43,152 nt of DNA, taken from IMG/VR virus record IMGVR_UViG_2778261177_000005. The stretch is one strand, 5' to 3'. Source of the DNA: a virus. Lineage: Duplodnaviria > Heunggongvirae > Uroviricota > Caudoviricetes. The position numbers were made by a program, and so were the translations under genes. The notes beneath the pieces were generated by a model. It made no database searches. It was not told the origin of the DNA and worked only from the letters and a program-made list of their open reading frames with translations. Shown one piece after another: positions 36,230 through 43,152 of this stretch. Numbering within the stretch: position 1 is the stretch's first letter; each line of letters starts with the position of its first letter.

Positions 36230-36357
36230 TTGCAATGAAATTAAAAGGTGAAATCTGAAAAAAAGAAAGCCTGCACACTGTGCAGGCCTGAGTGAAGAAC
36301 CTGGGACATTTATTCATCACTCGCATTAATTTTAATCTGAGTTGAGGTTAAAAAACA

Positions 36358-39300
36358 ATGAGCACCGATAAACAAGTTTACCCACTGTATTACGAAGCAA
36401 AAAATGACAAAGTAAGAAAACGTCTCGGTATTAAAGGCGGTTTCTACTGGGCTGAAGCGAAAAAATTATCCATTGCCATCTCCCGTGGTGCTGTTGCGAT
36501 TGACGATGCTGGCTACGATGAAGATGACTTTAAAAAACCTGTTCGCGTCAATTTGCCCGTTGTTGATGACCTTCCACCAGAAGGCGTATTTGATACGGAA
36601 TTCTGCAACCGTTACGAAAAAGGCGGGGAAGATGGCATCACAATGGTATTTATCGCGCCCTCATCCTCTGCGCAGGACAAACCAGCCAGCACTGACAATA
36701 CCAATGTTAATGGCGAAGACATGACGGAGATTGAGGAGAATATGCTACTCCCGATTTCCGGTCAGGAGCTGCCCATTCGCTGGCTTGCTCAACACGGCAG
36801 CGAAAAACCGGTAACGCACGTTTCACGCGACGAACTACAGGCATTACACATTGCACGAGCTGAAGAACTACCAGCTGTTACTGCCCTGGCTGTTTCCCAC
36901 AAAACCAGCCTGCTCGACCCGCTGGAAATTCGCGATCTCCACAAACTGGTGCGTGATACTGACAGAGTTTTCCCTAATCCAGGCAATTCAAGCCTGGGGC
37001 TGATGACTGCTTTTTTCGAAGCATACCTGGACGCAGACTACACCGATCGCGGTCTGCTGACAAAAGAGTGGATGAAAGGAAATCGTGTTTCATGCATCAC
37101 GCGCACGGCTTCCGGCGCTAATGCTGGCGGCGGGAACCTCACCGATCGCGGCGAAGGTTTCGTTCACGATCTGACGTCACTGGCGCGCGACGTAGCGACT
37201 GGCGTACTGGCTCGTTCAATGGACGTGGACATTTATAACCTTCATCCGGCACACGCTAAACGTGTCGAGGAAATTATCGCTGAAAATAAACCGCCCTTTT
37301 CTGTTTTCCGCGACAAATTCATCACCATGCCTGGCGGGCTGGATTATTCCCGCGCCATCGTGGTTGCGTCCGTAAAAGAAGCACCAATTGGGATCGAGGT
37401 TATCCCCGCACACGTCACTGAATATCTTAACAAAGTTCTGACTGAAACTGATCATGCCAACCCTGATCCAGAAATCGTGGATATTGCCTGCGGTCGTTCC
37501 TCTGCCCCGATGCCGCAGCGTGTAACAGAAGAAGAAAAACAGGATGATGAAGAAAAACTGCAACCATCTTGCGCAATGGCAGATGAACAGGCAACGGCTG
37601 AAACAGTGGAACCGGATGCAACTGAACATCATCAGGACACGCAGCCGCTGGATGCTCAGTCACAGGTAAATTCTGTTGATGCGAAATATCAGAAACTGCG
37701 GGCAGAACTCTATGAAGCCCGGAAAAACATTCCGCCCAAAAATCCTGTCGATGCAGACAAATTACTGGCTGCCTCTCGCGGAGAATTTGTTGAAGGGATT
37801 AGCGACCCGAATGATCCGAAATGGGTTAAGGGGATCCAGACCCGCGATTCTGTGTACCAGAATCAGCCAGAAACGGAACAGAACGACCCAAATACGCAAC
37901 AAAACGAGCCAGAAACGAAACAGCCTGAGCCAGTAGTGCAACAACAGGAAACGGAGAAAGTTTGCACCGCCTGCGGTAAGGCTGGCGGCGGCAACTGTCC
38001 TGACTGTGGCGCGGTGATGGGCGACGCAACGTATCAGAAAACCTTTAATGAAGAAAATCAGAATGAATATCAGGAAAAAGGTCTGGAGGAAATGGAAGGT
38101 GCTGAACATCCGCACAAGGAGAACGCTGGCAGCAATCCGCATTGCGATTGCAGTGATGAAGCTGGTGAAACGACAGCACCTGTAGTAACTGAAATCATGT
38201 GGCCGTCATATTTCGAGCCTGGCCGCTATGAAAACCTCCCGAACGAGGTTTATCACTCCGCCAACGGAATAAGCAGCACAATGCTGAAGGATGCCCGCAT
38301 CAGCCTGATGTATTACCACGGACGGCACATTGCCGGAACTATTCCGGGCGAGGAAAGTGATGCATTGCTGCGTGGGCGGATTATTCACAGTTATGTTCTG
38401 GAAACGGATAAATTCGCTGATGAGTATGCCATTCCGGTACCGGTTCCTGAATATGTGGTTACTACTTCTAACGAACTGATCGCCATCATTAAAAAACACA
38501 ATGCCAGTCTGCCAGCACTGATGACACCAGAGCAGATGAAAGAGTGGATCGAAAGCTACAACAGCACTCTTATACAGCCACTGTCGGTAAGTGCCGGGGC
38601 CGAAGAAACAGGCATCCTTTACGGTTCGCTTCCGGAGGAATTCCGGCGTATTCCTGAGGGGGAAAAACACACAGCATCAGCAATGAAAGCCTGTATTAAA
38701 GAATACAACGCAAGCCTCCCTCCTCTGCTGAAAGCCAGTGGAACACGAGAGCAGCTCCTGGAGCAAATTGAAACTGTAGATCCAGAACTGGCAAAAAAAG
38801 AACGTGCTAAATCTTTGCCTTACAACATCAGTGGCACAAAAGAGCAATTAACCGAAATCGCCCGGAAAATTCGCCCGGAACTGGTAACACTGGAGGACTG
38901 GCAAAAACGCCAGCAAGAAGAACACGCCGGGAAAACGTTTATCAGTCCGGATATGTATGAACAGGCAAAAAATATTCACGCAGCACTGCAAAACAATACT
39001 GATGCAGCAAGGCTACTCAACCACCCGGATCGCAAATCTGAAATCAGCTATTTCGGGTTTGATGAAGAAACCGGGCTGGAAATCAGGGTCCGTCCTGATA
39101 TCGAAATCCGGCTGCCATACGAAAGCATTTGCGCCGACGTGAAGTCAGTCAGCCTCGGTTATGTGCGACAGGAACGACTGAAAGATCGCCTGCACCGTGA
39201 AATTATTGAACGTGATTATCACCTCAGCGCAGCAATGTATTGCGATGTGGCAAACCTGGACAAATTTTTCTGGATCTTCGTCAACAAAGATGCTGGCTAT

Positions 39301-39486
39301 CACTGGGTGGCCGTCGTGGAAGCCTCGCAGGAACTCCTGGAACTTGGTCGACAGGAATATCGCCGGACACTACGACAGATAAACGAAGCTCTGGAGACAA
39401 ACAACTGGCCAGCACCGATTACCGAAAGTTATACCGACGAATTAAACGACTTTGATCTTCGTCGTCTTGAAGCACTGAGCATCTGA
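36358..39486 (+). CDS. exodeoxyribonuclease VIII-like recombination exonuclease (RecE-like), enlarged
   Basis: 1042 aa; central region (...[40 protein letters not shown]...) resembles Rac RecE as I recall it; zinc-ribbon [16 protein letters not shown]; divergent N- and C-terminal parts. Confidence 0.7.
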   Translation: MSTDKQVYPLYYEAKNDKVRKRLGIKGGFYWAEAKKLSIAISRGAVAIDDAGYDEDDFKKPVRVNLPVVDDLPPEGVFDTEFCNRYEKGGEDGITMVFIAPSSSAQDKPASTDNTNVNGEDMTEIEENMLLPISGQELPIRWLAQHGSEKPVTHVSRDELQALHIARAEELPAVTALAVSHKTSLLDPLEIRDLHKLVRDTDRVFPNPGNSSLGLMTAFFEAYLDADYTDRGLLTKEWMKGNRVSCITRTASGANAGGGNLTDRGEGFVHDLTSLARDVATGVLARSMDVDIYNLHPAHAKRVEEIIAENKPPFSVFRDKFITMPGGLDYSRAIVVASVKEAPIGIEVIPAHVTEYLNKVLTETDHANPDPEIVDIACGRSSAPMPQRVTEEEKQDDEEKLQPSCAMADEQATAETVEPDATEHHQDTQPLDAQSQVNSVDAKYQKLRAELYEARKNIPPKNPVDADKLLAASRGEFVEGISDPNDPKWVKGIQTRDSVYQNQPETEQNDPNTQQNEPETKQPEPVVQQQETEKVCTACGKAGGGNCPDCGAVMGDATYQKTFNEENQNEYQEKGLEEMEGAEHPHKENAGSNPHCDCSDEAGETTAPVVTEIMWPSYFEPGRYENLPNEVYHSANGISSTMLKDARISLMYYHGRHIAGTIPGEESDALLRGRIIHSYVLETDKFADEYAIPVPVPEYVVTTSNELIAIIKKHNASLPALMTPEQMKEWIESYNSTLIQPLSVSAGAEETGILYGSLPEEFRRIPEGEKHTASAMKACIKEYNASLPPLLKASGTREQLLEQIETVDPELAKKERAKSLPYNISGTKEQLTEIARKIRPELVTLEDWQKRQQEEHAGKTFISPDMYEQAKNIHAALQNNTDAARLLNHPDRKSEISYFGFDEETGLEIRVRPDIEIRLPYESICADVKSVSLGYVRQERLKDRLHREIIERDYHLSAAMYCDVANLDKFFWIFVNKDAGYHWVAVVEASQELLELGRQEYRRTLRQINEALETNNWPAPITESYTDELNDFDLRRLEALSI

Positions 39487-39497
39487 GGAAGGACACA

Positions 39498-40550
39498 ATG
39501 AACGAATTAACTCAACAAGAAAATATTAACTCTAATGTTGCGGTTTTCAGCCCTCAGTCCCTGGCTGCAATTCAGACATTTTCCCAGGTAATGGCTTCCG
39601 GCATGGCTACTGTACCGGAACACCTCCGGGGAAATCCATCAGACTGCATGGCCATCACCATGCAGGCGATGCAGTGGCAAATGAACCCTTACGCAGTAGC
39701 TCAGAAAACTTTCGTTGTGAATGGTGTGCTCGGATATGAAGCGCAACTGGTTAATGCCGTAATCAGTACTCGTGGGCCGCTAACCGGGCGTATTGAATAT
39801 GACTGGTTCGGGCCGTGGGAAAAAATTATCGGGAAATTTGAAATCAGGAAGAACGACAAGGGGAAAGAATATCGTGTACCTGGCTGGAAGCTGGCCGATG
39901 AAAACGGGATCGGAGTTCGCGTCCAGGCAACACTACGCGGAGAGAGCAAGCCACGCGTACTGGAGTTACTTCTGGCGCAGGCCAGAACACGTAACTCAAC
40001 GTTATGGGCCGATGATCCTCGCCAGCAGCTTGCCTATCTGGCACTGAAACGCTGGGCGCGCCTTTATTGCCCTGAAGTGATTCTTGGAGTGTACACCCGG
40101 GACGAACTGGACGAACCACAGGAAAAAATCATTAATCCGGTTCAGGAATATAAAAATACATCCGCCTGCCGTGCGGAACGTGAAACAACAATTATTGAGC
40201 AGGATGCCGGGGAAAACTGGATCAGTGCTTTCCGTGAACGTATTGAGCAGGCACAAAGCACCGGAGAAACAACAGCACTTCGCCAGGAAGTGGAAGATCA
40301 TAAAAATACACTTGGCGCTCTCTACACAGAACTTAAAGGAAAAGTGGTTCAGCGTCATCACCGTCTCAATGCTATTGCCCGTATTGAGAAGATGATAAAT
40401 GACCTGCCTTCATCAGGTGATCCAGAAGCAGAACTAAAATTTATTGCTCTGGAAAATACGCTGAATGCTGCACGACCACATCTGGGAGAATTATATGAGG
40501 CGTATAAAACGACACTGACAGATATGAAACCAGAATATATCGGCTCCTGA
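39498..40550 (+). CDS. single-strand annealing recombinase (RecT-like partner of the RecE-like exonuclease)
   Basis: 350 aa; RBS GAGGAAGGA; immediately downstream of the exonuclease gene; family assigned by position. Confidence 0.5.
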   Translation: MNELTQQENINSNVAVFSPQSLAAIQTFSQVMASGMATVPEHLRGNPSDCMAITMQAMQWQMNPYAVAQKTFVVNGVLGYEAQLVNAVISTRGPLTGRIEYDWFGPWEKIIGKFEIRKNDKGKEYRVPGWKLADENGIGVRVQATLRGESKPRVLELLLAQARTRNSTLWADDPRQQLAYLALKRWARLYCPEVILGVYTRDELDEPQEKIINPVQEYKNTSACRAERETTIIEQDAGENWISAFRERIEQAQSTGETTALRQEVEDHKNTLGALYTELKGKVVQRHHRLNAIARIEKMINDLPSSGDPEAELKFIALENTLNAARPHLGELYEAYKTTLTDMKPEYIGS

Positions 40551-40613
40551 TATTTACTATGGCGGTGTAGCCTCACCGCCATAACAAAACTTTATTTTAT
40601 GAGAGAAAAGACA

Positions 40614-40808
40614 ATGCGGTATGAAAAAGTCAAACCATGTCCGTTTTGTGGTTGTCCATCAGTAACGGTGAAAGCCATTTCAGGATATTATCGCGCAAAG
40701 TGTAACGGATGCGAATCCCGAACCGGCTATAGTGGAAGTGAAAAAGAAGCACTCGAAAGATGGAATAAACGAACTACTGGAAATAATAATGGAGGTGTTC
40801 ATGTATAA
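40614..40808 (+). CDS. Lar-family restriction alleviation protein (RalR-like)
   Basis: ORF 40599..40808; ATG at 40614 gives 64 aa with CPFCG...CNGC zinc-ribbon; position after recT as in Rac. Confidence 0.55.
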   Translation: MRYEKVKPCPFCGCPSVTVKAISGYYRAKCNGCESRTGYSGSEKEALERWNKRTTGNNNGGVHV

Positions 40809-40989
40809 AATTACTGCCACTATTGAAAAGGAAGGTGGCACTCCTACTAACTGGACAAGATATTCAAAATCTAAATTAACGAAATCAGAATGCGAAAAAA
40901 TGCTCTCAGGGAAAAAAGAAGCAGGCGTGTCCAGAGAGCAGAAAGTAAAGCTGATAAATTTTAATTGCGAGAAACTTCTGTCCTCGTGA
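40801..40989 (+). CDS. small hypothetical protein
   Basis: ORF 40732..40989; ATG at 40801 has RBS GGAGG; 62 aa. Confidence 0.4.
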   Translation: MYKITATIEKEGGTPTNWTRYSKSKLTKSECEKMLSGKKEAGVSREQKVKLINFNCEKLLSS

Positions 40990-41095
40990 GCTGCATTATA
41001 TACAAATTAGAACTTCATAGCTGATTATTAAAAATCAACCACACCCGCCAGTATTCTGTATATTTACTGGCGGTCATATCGTAAGAGGTATGGCA

Positions 41096-41377
41096 ATGAA
41101 TCTTGTGACACTCAAAACGTGGGGAAAACTCAGATATCCGGATAACCCACCATCAATATCAACGCTGAGACGATGGGCAAGGAATGGAAACATTTATCCT
41201 GCACCTGAACTACACGGGAGGAGTTACAGGGTGGTTCCGGAGGCTTTCTATATCAACCCAAATAAGGTTGATACCGATATAACACACCATCAGCCTAATG
41301 GGCGACAAGGGAGAGACAGTCCGTTACTGGAGAAATTAAAACATGCAGCGGAAAAAATACGATCCCAATTTGCCTAA
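41096..41377 (+). CDS. xis: excisionase (Xis)
   Basis: ORF 41090..41377; second ATG (41096) has better spacing to RBS AAGAGGT; 93 aa; immediately upstream of and overlapping int. Confidence 0.7.
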   Translation: MNLVTLKTWGKLRYPDNPPSISTLRRWARNGNIYPAPELHGRSYRVVPEAFYINPNKVDTDITHHQPNGRQGRDSPLLEKLKHAAEKIRSQFA

Positions 41378-42419
41378 AAACTTAACATATCGAAGGAGGG
41401 ACAAAGCATATTACTGGCGCAACCCTCTGACGAAAGAAGAATTTACACTAGGTAAAATTTCAAGAAGAGATGCAGTAGCGCAGGCAATTGAAGCAAATCA
41501 TTATATATACAAAAACTACTCTCCTGCTGCCTTAATTGAAAAGCTTAAAGGGTTCGACTCATTTACTATGGCAGACTGGATTGAACGTTACAAAACGATT
41601 CTTATAAGGAGAAAAGTGTCCAGAAATACTTATAAAATCCGGGTAAATCAACTGGAGACAATAAAAGAAAAATTGGGAGAGATTTTACTGACAGAAATAA
41701 CCACTCGCCATATTGCCGAATTTCTTGATTTGTGGATTGAAGGAGGGAAAAACACAATGGCAGGATCAATGCGTTCTGTGTTGTCTGATATGTTTCGCGA
41801 GGCCATTGTTGAAGGACGTATATCTCAAAATCCAGTAACGCCAACAAGAGCACCGAAAATAGTAGTTACAAGAGAACGACTGAAACTAAAGACATACAAC
41901 TGCATCAGGGAGGCAGCAGATCAACTTCCGGCATGGTTCCCATTAGCTATGGATTTAGCCCTTGTAACAGGACAACGTCGCGAAGACATAACGAATATGC
42001 GGTTCAGTGATATTTATGATGATCGTCTCCACATCAGGCAAATTAAGACAGGAATGATGATTGCTATCCCCCTGTCACTCAGCCTTCCTGTCGCTGGTCT
42101 ACGGCTTGGTACAGTAGTTGAACGGTGCCGCCTGGTAAGCCGGGGAGATTATCTAATCAGTGCCGGGATTAGAAAAAACAGCCCTGACGGCAGCATTCAC
42201 CCGGATGGCCTGACAAAAAAATTTGTCGCAGCCAGAAAATTAACAGGTATCCAGTTCAGTGAAAACCCACCAACTTTTCACGAGATCAGAAGCCTGGCTG
42301 GACGATTGTACAAAGAAACATGTGGAGAAGAATTTGCTCAGCGTCTACTTGGCCACACATCGGAGAAGACAACAAAAATGTATCTTGATGAGAGAGAAAA
42401 AACGTACTTACTGCTCTGA
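41343..42419 (+). CDS. int: tyrosine integrase (lambda Int family)
   Basis: 358 aa; C-terminal catalytic region with ...[11 protein letters not shown]... and ...[13 protein letters not shown]...; xis-int overlap; adjacent to attR. Confidence 0.9.
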   Translation: MQRKKYDPNLPKNLTYRRRDKAYYWRNPLTKEEFTLGKISRRDAVAQAIEANHYIYKNYSPAALIEKLKGFDSFTMADWIERYKTILIRRKVSRNTYKIRVNQLETIKEKLGEILLTEITTRHIAEFLDLWIEGGKNTMAGSMRSVLSDMFREAIVEGRISQNPVTPTRAPKIVVTRERLKLKTYNCIREAADQLPAWFPLAMDLALVTGQRREDITNMRFSDIYDDRLHIRQIKTGMMIAIPLSLSLPVAGLRLGTVVERCRLVSRGDYLISAGIRKNSPDGSIHPDGLTKKFVAARKLTGIQFSENPPTFHEIRSLAGRLYKETCGEEFAQRLLGHTSEKTTKMYLDEREKTYLLL

Positions 42420-42549
42420 TTTTAACGTAAATGGATTGTTAAATGTATTTTGGTTGTGATATAACCAAAAAAGACCGGAATACAGAAATTCGAGTAAATT
42501 TCGGGGAATTTCGGGGAGACGCTTGCAACTGATTGATTTTAAATACAAT

Positions 42550-42581
42550 TAAAAAAAGACCGAATACGATTCCTGTATTCG
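42550..42581. repeat. attR: right copy of the 32-bp direct repeat (taaaaaaagaccgaatacgattcctgtattcgg)
   Basis: Matches 1067..1098 with 3 mismatches; forms the 3' terminator hairpin of sdsR. Confidence 0.7.
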
Positions 42582-42653
42582 GTCCAGGGAAATGGCTCTT
42601 GGGAGAGAGCCGTGCGCTAAAAGTTGGCATTAATGCAGGCTTAGTTGCCTTGC
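42551..42653 (-). ncRNA. sdsR: SdsR (RyeB) small RNA
   Basis: Minus strand reads GCAAGGCAACUAAGCCUGCAUUAAUGCCAACUUUUAGCGCACGGCUCUCUCCCAAGAGCCAUUUCCCUGGACCGAAUACAGGAAUCGUAUUCGGUC + U-tract, which matches my recollection of E. coli SdsR; terminator stem CCGAAUAC/GUAUUCGG. Confidence 0.8.
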
Positions 42654-42744
42654 TCTTTAAGAATAGATGACGACGCCAGGTTTTCCAGTTTGCGTGCAAA
42701 ATGGTCAATAAAAAGCGTGGTGGTCATCAGCTTAAATGTTAAAA

Positions 42745-42781
42745 ACCGCCCGTTCTGGTGAAAGAACTGAGGCGGTTTTTT
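42745..42781. terminator. bidirectional intrinsic terminator between yebY and the ryeA/sdsR locus
   Basis: CCGCC...(internal GUUC/GAAC)...GGCGG with UUUUUU on the plus strand and a U-run on the minus strand; 30 nt downstream of the yebY stop. Confidence 0.6.
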
Positions 42782-42810
42782 ATTGGAAATCAAAAGGCTA
42801 TTTTAGGTAA

Positions 42811-43152
42811 TTAACAGAGTTTTTCAGCTCGCTCTATAAACAGTGCCAGACTCATTTTTTCGCCGGGATTGTTAGGATCATCAATCTGAATCACCGAAAT
42901 GGGTTGGGCTTTAGTCTTCCCACTGGCAACTTCCTTTTGTGCGATATCGTTTAAAGGATACTGCACGAGAGTACTTGGGTTAATGACATACAAAGCATTA
43001 CCTGGTCGGCAAGTCAGCATCACCTCTTCGCGATTAAACGCCCATTTGTCTTTACCCACTTCAAAACGGCTGACGGTAATCACCTGCGGTGCCGCCAGCG
43101 CAGCTGCAGAACTGGTGAGTAACAGAAACGCCAGAATGCTTTTTTTCATCAT
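42811..43152 (-). CDS. yebY: YebY-like periplasmic protein (DUF2511)
   Basis: 113 aa; signal peptide [22 protein letters not shown]; start codon is at the window edge; host gene right of the prophage. Confidence 0.75.
   Translation of the reverse strand: MMKKSILAFLLLTSSAAALAAPQVITVSRFEVGKDKWAFNREEVMLTCRPGNALYVINPSTLVQYPLNDIAQKEVASGKTKAQPISVIQIDDPNNPGEKMSLALFIERAEKLC

Larger units (their letters stand above)
1083..42576. mobile_element. integrated temperate prophage (~41.5 kb): Rac/lambda-like early region, Q-dependent late region, P2-type contractile tail
   Basis: Bounded by direct repeats next to int; complete int/xis, immunity, replication, lysis, packaging, head and tail gene sets between host genes pphA and sdsR/yebY. 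Confidence 0.85.

Noticed and set aside
42439-42708. 89-aa minus-strand ORF in the supplied track
   Set aside because: It lies on top of the sdsR small RNA gene and its promoter; the sequence matches the sRNA, not a protein-coding gene.
1-43152. CRISPR arrays, rRNA genes, insertion sequences or transposase genes
   Set aside because: No regularly spaced short direct repeats with unique spacers, no rRNA-like sequence and no transposase-like ORFs with terminal inverted repeats were seen.

Overview
This window is an Escherichia-type chromosomal segment carrying an apparently intact ~41.5-kb temperate prophage between pphA/yebW (left, 85..933) and the sdsR (ryeB) sRNA gene plus yebY (right, 42551..43152). 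Imperfect 32-bp direct repeats at 1067..1098 and 42550..42581 (shared core acgattcctgt) mark attL/attR; the phage arm supplies a new 3' terminator half to sdsR. Reading right to left the prophage has int-xis, a Lar-like gene, RecT-like/RecE-like recombination genes, KilR/YdaE/RacC-like small genes, an HTH repressor divergent from cro-like/YdaT-like genes with palindromic operators, O-like and DnaC-like replication genes, a nin-like region (HNH, Ead/Ea22-like, Hok toxin, YbcO-like), a Q-like antiterminator with PR'/tR', a lysis cassette (holin, lambda R-type endolysin, Rz/Rz1), terminase, portal, head genes and a P2-type contractile tail module ending in tail fibre and Tfa. The main anomaly is an AT-richer insertion with its own terminator inside the tail operon (6022..7739), carrying a HEPN-like protein, an unrecognised 243-aa partner and a small secreted protein; this is the best candidate for an undescribed phage-carried defence or toxin module. 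All calls come from reading the sequence and ORF translations; protein family names are from memory, no database search was run, and coordinates of small motifs may be off by a base or two.
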